DNA from: an uncultured Thermoplasmata archaeon | GTDB taxonomy: Archaea; Thermoplasmatota; Thermoplasmata; RBG-16-68-12 | Length of the DNA: 64,000 bases | Direction of reading: 5' to 3' | Assembly: GCA_963768855.1 (NCBI GenBank) | Contig: CAVYJM010000011.1 | Span: 128,001-192,000 of the forward strand | Part shown: one piece after another, positions 47,007 to 57,400 of the stretch | How the letters are laid out: the number at the start of each line of letters is the position of its first letter | Position numbering within the stretch: the first letter of the stretch is position 1 | The notes under the pieces: model-generated | What the model saw: the letters and a program-made list of their open reading frames with translations, nothing else | The model's database searches: none | Told to the model about the DNA's origin: nothing | Position numbers and translations under genes: made by a program

Positions 47007-47624
47007 GTGAAGAACCTCGACGAGGTCATCTCCGACATCGAGGGGCGGCTCGACGAGAAGGACGAGGTCCGGGAGCTCGCGATCAAGTCGTCCCGGACGA
47101 TCGCCCGCCTGGCGGGGACCGCGATCCAGGGGTTGCATCGCGGCGAGGACATGCAGGCCCCCCTGCAGGAGACGCGCGAGGAGGTGCTGAAACTCCGGAG
47201 CCTTCTCGACGGCCATCCGGATCTCTTCCACGCGGGCTTCGTGGAGAACGCCATGCAGGAGGCGTGCGAGGCCTTTATTTTCCATTCGATCTTGGAGGCG
47301 GCGATCCTGCCGACCCCGAAGGAGTGCGGTGTGACGGACACCGCATACCTGCTCGGCCTCGGGGACGTCGTGGGCGAGCTGCGGCGATGTGCGCTCACCG
47401 CCCTGCGGAACGGCAACGTCGCGGACGCGTCGCACTTCCTGGAGAGGATGGAGCGGATTCTCGACGCGCTGATGCGGTTCGACTATCCGACGGCGTTGGT
47501 CGCCCTGAAGCGCAAGCAGGACATCGCGCGGAGTCTGATCGAGAAGACCCGCGGCGAGGTCGCGGTCGCCGCCCAGGGTCATGAGCTCTCGAAGAAGCTC
47601 GACGCGATCCGCGGCAAGCTCTGA
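47007..47624 (+). CDS. Translin/TRAX-family RNA-binding protein
   Basis: RELAIKSSR..AR, A.QE..EA, YLLGLGDVVGELRR, LKRKQD. Confidence 0.88.
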   Translation: MKNLDEVISDIEGRLDEKDEVRELAIKSSRTIARLAGTAIQGLHRGEDMQAPLQETREEVLKLRSLLDGHPDLFHAGFVENAMQEACEAFIFHSILEAAILPTPKECGVTDTAYLLGLGDVVGELRRCALTALRNGNVADASHFLERMERILDALMRFDYPTALVALKRKQDIARSLIEKTRGEVAVAAQGHELSKKLDAIRGKL

Positions 47625-47766
47625 CGCCTCGGAGGCCGCGCCTCGTTCTCAAGGGCGATTTCCAGGGCCAAGCGCTTTTTAAAAGGCCCCCTCATCGGTC
47701 GTGCCACCTTGAGCAGTCCCACCGCCCGCCCCTCACCCGGGTATGCGGGGGACCGGGGGGAGTCAC

Positions 47767-48657
47767 ATGACGGACAAGGAGAAAGTGCACAGCGGGATTC
47801 CCGGCCTCGACGACCTCATCGAAGGCGGTTTCTACCCGAAGTCGACCGTCGTCCTCCTGGGGTCCAGCGGCACCGGCAAGTCGACGTTCGCAGTCCAGTT
47901 CCTCATGGAGGGCATCGAGCAGGGAGAGCAGGCCCTCTACGTGACCCTCGAAGAGGCGCCGGAACAGATCATGCGCGAGGCGGCCCTCATGGGGTTCGAC
48001 ATGCGCAAGTACTATGAGAAGAGCCTCTTCTTCATCCACCTCAAGGGGAAGAACTTCAAGAAGATGATCGAGGAGCAGCTTCCCCAGCTCGTCAAGGCGC
48101 GCGCCGACTACAACATCCCCACGCGCGTCGTCATCGACCCGATGACGCCTGTGATCTGGGCGACCGGGGACAAGCTCGAGCAGCGCGAGCTCATCGGGAA
48201 GCTCTTCTACACCCTGAAGGAACTGGGCGTCGTGCTCTGCACGGTCGAGGAACACTCGCGGCCGGGCGAGACGATTGGGGAGGACGTCCTCCTGCCCATC
48301 TACCTCTCGGACGGAGCCATCCAGCTCGAGTACTATCCGATCGGAGGCGCGTTCAACCGGACGCTCAAGATCCTCAAGATGCGAGGCGTTCACCACGGCG
48401 AAGGCGTCTATCCCTACCTGTTCGCCCGCGGGATCGGGATCGTCGTCCGCACCAGCCCCGTCCAGATGGCCGAGGAGACCGCGCGGTCCCACACGAAGAC
48501 CTTCGATGAGGCCCTGAAGACCGCGGAATCCCTGAAGGCACCCGCGCGCGTCCTCGAGCGGATCCGGGCGATGCAGAAGAACTGGGACTACGACTACTCG
48601 CCGGAAGAAGCCCTCCAGATCCTCTTCAACTCCTACGGGTTGAGACGGGGAGCCTAG
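47767..48657 (+). CDS. KaiC/RAD55-like ATPase with C-terminal helical domain
   Basis: SGIPGLD, GSSGTGKS, TLEE, VIDP, LKMRG. Confidence 0.92.
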   Translation: MTDKEKVHSGIPGLDDLIEGGFYPKSTVVLLGSSGTGKSTFAVQFLMEGIEQGEQALYVTLEEAPEQIMREAALMGFDMRKYYEKSLFFIHLKGKNFKKMIEEQLPQLVKARADYNIPTRVVIDPMTPVIWATGDKLEQRELIGKLFYTLKELGVVLCTVEEHSRPGETIGEDVLLPIYLSDGAIQLEYYPIGGAFNRTLKILKMRGVHHGEGVYPYLFARGIGIVVRTSPVQMAEETARSHTKTFDEALKTAESLKAPARVLERIRAMQKNWDYDYSPEEALQILFNSYGLRRGA

Positions 48658-49446
48658 ATGCCCTACGCGGGAAAGGTCGACAAGACGATGGGGGCCGAGA
48701 CGGTCGGCCACCTCAAGCTCCTCCTGGAGACGGAGCTCCGGCGTTGCCGCGAGGACAACGCCCTGGACATCGCCATGTTCCTGGGCGTCGATGGCCGGAT
48801 CTTCGCGTCCTCCATCCCCAACGAGCTCAATCCGCGCGAGTACCGCCTCCTGAATCTGCTCAAGGGGAACCTGGCCCACATCTGCAACCAGCTCAGCGGC
48901 CAGAACATGATGATGTCTGTCGAGCAGTTCGAAGCCGGGACCGTCATCATCGGCGGGGTCGGGGATCGAGCCTTCCTGGTCTTCCTGACGACCAAGACGG
49001 TCGAGATCACGAAGATGCAGGGCGTCCTCGCGAACGTCGTGAAGACCGCCATCGTGGTCCGCCATCTCTTCGAGGAGAAGCCGATCACCCCTGAAGTCCT
49101 CGCCAGCTACGACGAGTCGGTCGCCACGGAGCTCAAGCGCCTCACGAGGTTCCTCTTCGTCCAGAAGTTCGAGGAGACGAAGGAGTTCAAGAAGAACAAG
49201 GAGATCGACACGTACTTCCGCCAGCGGCTCGGCGCGCTCGTCGGGCCGGGGCCCCTCGAGGAGACCCTCACGCTCGCCTATAACGAGGTGGGTACGTCGC
49301 AGGCGTACATGAGCCGAGACCACTGGAATCGGTTCCTGGTGCTGATCCTCGCGAAGCTCCGCGAGATCCGCGGCGAGGACGTCGCCGACCGCGCGGAGAA
49401 GGAGTGGAAGTCCTACCTGAACGGGGTCCTGTCCTCGTTTGTGTGA
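48658..49446 (+). CDS. Roadblock/profilin-like domain fused to an all-helical C-terminal domain
   Basis: helix-AMFLGVDGRIFASS-helix-three strands-helix, then a ~110-aa helical domain. Confidence 0.65.
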   Translation: MPYAGKVDKTMGAETVGHLKLLLETELRRCREDNALDIAMFLGVDGRIFASSIPNELNPREYRLLNLLKGNLAHICNQLSGQNMMMSVEQFEAGTVIIGGVGDRAFLVFLTTKTVEITKMQGVLANVVKTAIVVRHLFEEKPITPEVLASYDESVATELKRLTRFLFVQKFEETKEFKKNKEIDTYFRQRLGALVGPGPLEETLTLAYNEVGTSQAYMSRDHWNRFLVLILAKLREIRGEDVADRAEKEWKSYLNGVLSSFV

Positions 49447-49464
49447 TCCCATGAACGGAGCCGT

Positions 49465-50091
49465 GTGACGATGTTGGATGTCGCCCTCGCATCGCTGATC
49501 GAGGACATGATTGAGAAGGCCGGAGCGGACGGGGTCGTCGAGTTCTGGCAACGGGTCGGGGACGCGCTCGCCTCCCGCATGGGGAAGGAGGCGTACCTGG
49601 GCTGGACCTCGTTCAACGTCGCGGTGCGCGAGGGCCGGACCGCCTTCAGCATCGAGGGTGACGTGACTCCGCTCACGGACATGGCCATCACGGACGTCGA
49701 CGGAGACGTCGTCGGATACCTGTACGCCATGAAGCAGTGCTGCTACGTCCCGACGATCTTCCGAACCCGCTACGCGACCGGCCGGATGAGCCCCGCGGAC
49801 CAGACCGTGATGGATGAGTACAACCAAAACGTCCACAACATCGCGGTCTGCAACTTCTGCGTCTTCCACGAGAGGTTCCGCGAGGAGATCGCGAAGAACG
49901 TGACCGTCTCGGGGAATCCCTTGCTGTCCTACCTCCTCGCGACCCGGGGCTGGAGCGGCGAGACGAAGATCTCCTCGAAGAACGTCGCGATGATCAACAT
50001 CAACGAGGAGCACGTCCGGGCGCTCCTCCGCAACTACGAATGCGTGTACGCGCTCGTGATGCGCGGCGCGCGTCTGAAGGGGGGGCGTTGA
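49465..50091 (+). CDS. Hypothetical V4R/HNOB-like protein with Cys/His cluster
   Basis: EKAGADG..EFWQRVG.ALA helix pair; KQCCY; CNFC..H; a further C near the C-terminus. Confidence 0.6.
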   Translation: MTMLDVALASLIEDMIEKAGADGVVEFWQRVGDALASRMGKEAYLGWTSFNVAVREGRTAFSIEGDVTPLTDMAITDVDGDVVGYLYAMKQCCYVPTIFRTRYATGRMSPADQTVMDEYNQNVHNIAVCNFCVFHERFREEIAKNVTVSGNPLLSYLLATRGWSGETKISSKNVAMININEEHVRALLRNYECVYALVMRGARLKGGR

Positions 50092-50702
50092 TGCCCTCCG
50101 AGTCACGCATGACGGAGTGCAACCCCTTCGTCGAGATTGCGACGGCCCTGTTCCTCGAAGACCTCGCGACCAAGGTTGGCGTCGCGGGGCTCAACAACTA
50201 CCTCGTCAGCCTGGCGAAGAACCTTGCGAACACGATGCCGCGCGAGGAGTATGCGTCGTGGCCGGAGCTCATGGGGGCCCTCGTGTCGGGCCAGTCGATC
50301 CTCGCGACCTTCGAGGACGTCCAGCCCGTCACGGAGCGCTGCATGACGACGGTCCGCTCCCCCTTCGATCGCGGATGGCGGGAGTACGCGAAGCGGGTCG
50401 GGTCCTTCGCCCCGGTGCACAAGGAGGTCGCCGAATATTACAACGCGAAGGTGCGGCCGACGGCCGTGACGTCGGTGCACATCGTCCTCCACACCTTCCG
50501 CGAGACCGCCGCGGCCCGGATCCGGGTGGCGGGGAAAGGCTTGCGGTACGAGACGCTCGCGACAGCCTGGGTCGATGGCCAGGTGATCCTGCCCCCCGCG
50601 GAACGCCTCGATGGGCTCCTCTCCCGCGCGGGCATCTCCAAGACGAAGCTCGGAATGCTGCTCCGCAACCACGCCGACGTGTGGATCCTCGAGCCCGAGT
50701 GA
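50091..50702 (+). CDS. Hypothetical paralog of the upstream gene lacking the Cys cluster
   Basis: Aligns by eye (LFLEDL.TKVG..G, E.Y.SW, YN.KV, H.FRE); TGATG overlap. Confidence 0.6.
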   Translation: MPSESRMTECNPFVEIATALFLEDLATKVGVAGLNNYLVSLAKNLANTMPREEYASWPELMGALVSGQSILATFEDVQPVTERCMTTVRSPFDRGWREYAKRVGSFAPVHKEVAEYYNAKVRPTAVTSVHIVLHTFRETAAARIRVAGKGLRYETLATAWVDGQVILPPAERLDGLLSRAGISKTKLGMLLRNHADVWILEPE

Positions 50703-51476
50703 TCAGCGCTCCCCGCGGCGTCGCCACGCGACGACGCCCAGGAAGACCGGGATGAAGATGCCGATGCCGAGGAGGATCGCCCAGCCTGCCGCCGGCTGCT
50801 GGACCTGGTTGTAGAAGATGGTCGAGGTCACGACTTCTCCCCGCGACGCCTGGATCACGCCGTCGTGGTCGAGGTCGGCGGACACCATCAGCGTGTGCTC
50901 GCCCGCGGTGAGCCCGAGGGGGAGGTACGTGAAGGTGACCGTGGCGTCCGAGTCTGCCGCGACCTGATTGACTAGGCTCGTGCCAACGAGCGACCCGTCG
51001 ACGTACCAGCGCACCGTGACGTTGAGCGCGGCCGTCGACCCGCCGTTGTGGAGGGTCGCGCTCAGCGTGAACGGCTTGATGACCTCGATGACGAACGTGG
51101 CGACCGTGTTCTCGGTCACCCCGACTTCGGGGGCCGCCGCGACGCTGATGGAGAGCGTGATAGTCTGCTCGAGCGTCGGAGCGGTGACGTTTACCTGGTA
51201 GTTGGTCCGGTTCCCGCTCGTCTGCCCCGGGGAGGAGCTCAGCGGGTTGCCGCCCGTGGTGTTCGTCCCGGAGATCGAGTAGGTCAGGGAGTAGGTCACG
51301 TTGCCGGCGGGTCCGCCGCTGATCGTGACGTTGTACTGCGCCGTCTGGCCGGGGGCCAGCGCGGGTGGCCCACCGACCGTCGCGAGGAGGGGGCCGCTTG
51401 CCGACGCGAGGGCCGTCGGGATGAGCCCCGCGGCGACGAGCAGGAAAACCACCAGGACCCAGGCCCGCACGATCAT
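50703..51476 (-). CDS. CARDB/Ig-fold surface protein with C-terminal membrane anchor
   Basis: Signal peptide, ATLHNGG...NVTVRWYVDG, GEHTL.V.AD, TM then RRRGER; ATGA overlap with aglB. Confidence 0.78.
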   Translation of the reverse strand: MIVRAWVLVVFLLVAAGLIPTALASASGPLLATVGGPPALAPGQTAQYNVTISGGPAGNVTYSLTYSISGTNTTGGNPLSSSPGQTSGNRTNYQVNVTAPTLEQTITLSISVAAAPEVGVTENTVATFVIEVIKPFTLSATLHNGGSTAALNVTVRWYVDGSLVGTSLVNQVAADSDATVTFTYLPLGLTAGEHTLMVSADLDHDGVIQASRGEVVTSTIFYNQVQQPAAGWAILLGIGIFIPVFLGVVAWRRRGER

Positions 51477-54400
51477 CGCCTCCGGCGGGTGAGGATGAAC
51501 GCGGCTGCCACGGCGGAGACCGCACCCGCGATGGCGGCGATCAGGAGCTCGTTCGGAGGCAGCTGGAGCGCGGCTCCCGGACCGGAGACTCCGACCCCCG
51601 AGGGCACCGTGAGGGCGGGCAGCGTCGCCGTGTACGTGGTCTGGGCCGCGACGGAGGGGGTTCCTTCAGCGGCAACCTGCAGCGCGACGGTCGTGCCTCC
51701 GTTCGCGCCAGCCAGGCGGAGGACGAGCTTCACGCCCGCCGTCGCGTTCGCATCGACGCTCACGTTCGCGAGGGTGAGTCCCGCGGCCTGCGTCGCGCCC
51801 ACCCGGGCCAGCGCGGGCGACCAGCCGCCCGCCGCGATGTCGCTGGGATTCTGGATGCTCAGGTCCACGACCTCGGGAGCGTTCCCCGTGTTGTGCACGT
51901 TGAGCGTGTAGTTGAGGTACCGGCCGTCGAAGGTCCCGGAGGTCGGATCGACCTGGAGGGTCAGCCCGCGGGTCCGGACGATTCCGACGGTCACCGCGAG
52001 GTTGCCCCTCGCATTCGTGTCCGCCGTCGAGGTCGCCGTGATCGTCACGGTCCCGTGGTTCACGAGGGCATCGGACGGCGTCTGGATCGTGACCGTGACG
52101 GCGCTCCGGTTCGTCGCGGTGCCGTAGTTCAGGTTCACGGTGGACGGGAAGAAGCTGAAACTCCAGCCGGAGGCGGCGCTCCCCGAGAGGGAGAACGTGT
52201 CCTGGAGGTTGCCCGTGTTCTCCACGACGAACGTGTAGGTCACGGAACTGCCGCCGCGGACCGTCCGGTTCTGGGACGCATCCCAGGTCACCGCGACCGA
52301 GTGCGTATCCACGCGGCCGAGCTGCAGGTTCACGACCGTGTCGGACTGGAGGGTGATCGTCGCGGTCCCCTGGTAGTGCACGAGGAGGCCCTGCTCCGTC
52401 TGGGACCGGTCCGCCGTGATCGCGTAGGTGCCGAGCGGGAGCAAGGACTGGTAGTTCCCGCTCAGGTCCGTGGAGAGCGTCAGCGGGGCCGCACCGGCCA
52501 CGTTCAGCGTCGCATTGACCCGCACCCCGGATGGGTCGGTCGTCACACCCGACACGAGGAAGGCCGGGAGCAGCGGGACCGTATACGCGAACGTGGCGGC
52601 GTGGGGCACGCTCAGGGTGCCCAGGAAACCGCTCGGGCCGATGACCCGCGTGGCGTACACGACGTACGTGCCCGGCGCGAGTGGCGCGGAGTACGTGCCG
52701 TCGGACTGGGCGACGGCTTGCGAACCGATCGCGCCGCCCGACTGAGCGATGAAGGATAGGCTCGCGTCGGCCCCGGTCGCGCCGAGCAGGACCCGCCCGG
52801 CGACGGTCGTGTTGTCATACGTCCGGTTCGCGGCGATGTCGTACGTGAGGCTCGTCGTCCCGGGTGCCACGGTCAGGGTGCCCGTGAACGAGTAACGGTA
52901 GTAGCGGGTGATGCCAGAGGCCTGGACGCTCCCCGTCGCGTCGAGCGAGACTGTGTAGTTGCCGGTCACGAGGCTCGCGCTGTACGTGCCGCCCGCGACG
53001 GTGGATGCCGGGAAGGACCCGCCCTCGATGCGGGCGAAGGTAAGGGGGAACGCGGTGCTGACTCCGATCCCGTTGACCGCCACCCGGCCGGAGACCTGGG
53101 TCGTGAGCTGAAGCGCGAGGGTCAGATTGCCTGCGGGGGGCAGGGTCGCGTTCGTGAGGACCTCGTATGCGGTCCCGCCGACCGTGCGGTTCGCGAGGAC
53201 CGAGTAGGTGCCCGCCTGCAGGTAGAGCGAGTACCCGGCCGCGGTCGTCGTGACGGTCCGGTCATCCGGTCCCTGGAACGAGACCGTGGCAGGACCCGCG
53301 GTGCCCGCGAGGGTGACGTTGCCCTTGACGAGGGCCCGCGCGACGATCGTGGGGGAGTACGAGACCTGTCCCTCGCCTACGGAGAGGACGACGGTGTCCG
53401 TCCCGAGGTTCTGATACCGCCACGCGCTCGAGGTGGACGAAACATTCTCGTCGACGGAGAGCTCGTACGTGCCCGGGGTCAGGGAGAGGGAGAACGTGCC
53501 ATCGGTGAAGGTCGTCCCGTTCACGGACTCTGCTCCGCCTCCGCGCGCGATCGCCTGAAGCTGCAAGGCGCGGTTCAGGATCGGGGTGCCGTTCAGGATT
53601 ACGGTCCCGGTCAGGGAGACCGGGAGGGGCGTGAGGGTCCAGCGGACTCCCGAGCCGATCTCCGAGGGCGACGAGCTGGAGATCGTGTAGGGCGCGAAGC
53701 CGTCGGCGGTCACCGTGCCGGCGTACGTGCGGTTGTCAAACAGGGTGAGGTTGAATCCGCCCGTCGGGTCCGCGATTGCGACGGTCCGCTGGCCGGCGCT
53801 GTCTGTGAGGGAGACCCGTGCGCCCGAGATCCCCTCGCCCGAGTTGACCAGGCCGTTCCCGTTCACGTCCCAGTAGACCGTGCCGGAGAGGGTCGTGGCG
53901 GGCCAGAGGGACAGGTCGAGGCTCGTGGCGGCGGCGCTGAGGCTCGCGGTTCCCTCCCAGCCCACGCCCGGCGCGTTCGTGACGACCGAGTACGAACCGA
54001 GGGGCAGGTACGCCAGATACGTGTTCCCGAGGGCGGAGCGGACCCACCACTCGCCGGTCGATCCGAGGAACCCGATGTGGGCCCGGAGGTCCGTGGTCTG
54101 GTCCGCGACCGAGACGGAGCCGCTCACCCGCGAACCGTCGACGAAGTTGGGGTCGAACGTGGACGTCGCGGCCTGCCGGACCGTGACCGCCCCGAGCGTG
54201 GCGAAGAGGGACGTCCCCTGGTACATGCGCCCGTTGACGTTCCAGTCCCCGGCGGGGAGCGCGAGGCTGTAGTGGCCGTTCGCGTCGGAGGTGGCCGTCG
54301 CGATGAGGTAGTCGGTCGCCCTCGCCTGGAAGTTGACCGTGGCGTAGGGAAGCGCGACGCCGAACAGCTCGGTCGTGCCGGTGACGCGTCCCGAGGGCGC

Positions 54401-57400
54401 CAAGGTCAGGTTCTGGCTGACCCCGGTGTTCTCCACATGGAAGCTGAACGGGATGGACGACAGGGAGCCCGCGACGGCGCCCAACGTGTAGTTGCCCGGC
54501 AGGACGAACGGGAAGTTGTAGACCCCGGTCCCGTTGGACGCGGTCTGCCACGAGGTGTGGTTCGTGGCGTCCGTCAGGGTGACGTTGATTCCTGACATCG
54601 GCGCGCCCGTCGCGTCGACCGTGCTGCCGCCCACGCTCGTGAACGACAAGGAGATGTCCCGGCTGCTGCTCGTTGCGGTCCCGATCTGGATGTCCGCGGC
54701 GGAGAACGTCCTGCCCTGGTAGCTGACCCGGACATGGTACACCCCGACCGGAAGGTTCGCGAGGGAGTAGGCGCCCGTCGGCCCCGCGGTGGCCGTCGCG
54801 ACGCGGCCGAAGTCCGTCGCGGACAGCGTGAGGGTCGCGCCCGCGGCGACGAGGTCGCCGGAGCCGTAGAATGTGTCGTGGTTGATGTCGAAGTAGAGGG
54901 TCCCGTGGAGGGACTGGGGCGTGACTTGGAAGTCGTGGGCGATGAGCCAGTCCGGGACGCCGTCCTGGTTCAGGTCCTGGTTGACCCGCATCGCCTGGTC
55001 CACGGTGACGGGGATCGTCGTCGTGCCGAGGATGTTCGGGCCGACGAGGGTCCGGTTGTCGGCCGTGCCGGTGCTCGCGGTGAGCGTGATGTTCCCGAAC
55101 GGGACGATCGCGCTGTAATGCCCGTTCGCATCCGTCGTGGTCTCGTAGTGCGGGGTCCCGAGCTCGTCCGTGACCGTGATCTGGACGTTCGACAGGGGGA
55201 CGCCGCCTGCGCTGACCGTCCCGTTGACGTACGCACCGTCGTAGTAGCGGAGGATGATGGCCCCGTTCTGGACGGTCGACAGGGTGCTCATGTCGACGAC
55301 GCCGGTCGCCTTCCCTGCGGAGATCTGGCTCTGGAGGGCGAGGGCCTGGTCATAGTTCATCGCCCGCCAGGCGCCCGTGTGGTTGGACGGGTCCGTGTAG
55401 GGGTTGTAGTACGCGGTCCGGTACACGACCCGGAAGTGACTGAGGTTCCATGCGGGCTGAGGTGTGTAGGCCGCCAGCGCCTGGTCGAGCCCCGGGATCC
55501 CCTTGTCGGTGGACCCGACCACGGACGGCGAGTACCCGATGTAGGCACGGTAGAACATCGAGTTGTAGAACATGGGCTGGAACTGGATCGTCGTCGAGCT
55601 GATCTGGTCTGTCGGGGACACGATTTGGATGGGGAGGTTGTTCCCGCGGTTCGTGTTGGCGAAGAGCTGGAAGAAGTCGAAGGGCATGACCTGGCCGTTC
55701 GCGAGGTTGATGACCCGGTGGTCCGAGAGCTTCGCGGGCGCGTAGAAGATGCCCGTGTTCGTGGCGCTCACCGGGAAGAGTCTCGAGTCGACCATGAAGT
55801 ACCCGACGGAGGTGCCCGTGGCCGTGCACATCGCCTGGTAGAGGCCCACGAGGCGGTCTTCGCTGAGCTTCGCGAGGAGCACCTGGCCGAGGTAGATGTA
55901 CGGCGTGTTCACGTTCTGGAGGTTCGCGTCCCAGGGACCGTACAGGTTCGGGCTCGTCAGGATCGTCGAGATGAGCGCACTCGGGTTCTTGAAGGCGAAA
56001 GCGACCTGGGCGGGGTTGATGCCGAAGCTCGTCAGGATCTGGGAAGCCTCGGGGCTCAGGCTCCCGCCGTGCGCGCGGAAGTCGCCCTCGATCACACGCA
56101 GGGTCATCAGCGCGATCGCGGAGCTCTCGTTCTGAGAGAGGATGAACTGTCCCGAGATGGCGTACCCGTTCTGGAACGGATCGGCCACGACGGGATGGCC
56201 GCCGCGCTCCGTGATCTCGAACCCGTAGTCCCACCAGGCCACGACGGACGGCCGGTCGACGAGGGGGACGTTCGTGTCCTGGGTCGATAACCACTGGTAC
56301 GCCGCCGGGAAGTATTGGGTCTCGTTCGGCAGGGAGTACCCGAAGGCCCCGAGGTAGTAGGTGTTCCCGGTCCCCGCGGAGCTGTATCCCGGGGCCTGCA
56401 AGAAGGAGGGGAGGAGGGCCTGGATCTGCCGGTCGTAGGCCGCCTTCTGCTCGTACGGGATGCCGGCGTCCACCGCGAACCAGACGTTGGGCAGGAGGAC
56501 GAGCATGGCGATGAGGACCGCGACGATCACGTGGCGGGGCTTGACGCTCTTCCGCATCGCGTTCCGCCATGAGCCTTCGGCGAGGGAGCGGTAGGTGCGG
56601 CGCATCTCCTCGAACCCGAAGCGCGTGAGCACCAGGTCGAGCGCGTACCCCGTGGCGATGGCCATGACCGGCGCGGCGTCGAAGATGAACCGCGCGGCAG
56701 CGAGGGACATGAACAGGGCGCCCGCCGTCCACAGGACGAGCATCGTGTAGGCGGCATTGTTGCGCCGCGGGATCTGCCAGATCATGTACGCGATCGCGCC
56801 GAGGCCGAGGTAGAAGGTGAACCAGCCAAAGTTCAGGATGAGCTCCGACATCCCGGGTTCTTGCGCCTCGGCGATCGTCTGGTACACCTTGTTCTTGACG
56901 AAGTACCCGGCGCCGCTGTAGAAGGCGAACAGGAGGGACGGGTTCACCGTGAAGCCGATCAGGAGGCCCACGCCGCCGGCCGCGAACGTGGCGGGGATGA
57001 CGATCGTCCAGGGGTAGTCGCGGGTGACCGTGAAGACGAGCCCGAGCGCCGTCGCCACGAGGAACAGGTAGAACGGCACGTCCCACCAGACGTGGATCAG
57101 ATTCCGCACGGAGTACCACGGGAAGGAGATGAGGAGCGGGGTCGCCAGGATGATCATGAAGAGGATCGTGACCCCCATCGCGTCCTGGTTGCGGATCCGG
57201 TCGAGGAGGATCTCGACGACGAAGATGAGCACCAGGATGACGGGGACGTACGCCCAGCCCTGCCAGGACAGCGCGGTGACCGCGATGCAGAGGCCCGCCA
57301 AGAACGCGTACAGGACGCTCTTGCGGTTCTCTTGCAGGAACGCCCGGAGCCCCGTCGCGATGGCCTTGCGCTGGAACCAGTTCTCGACCCATCGCCGGCG

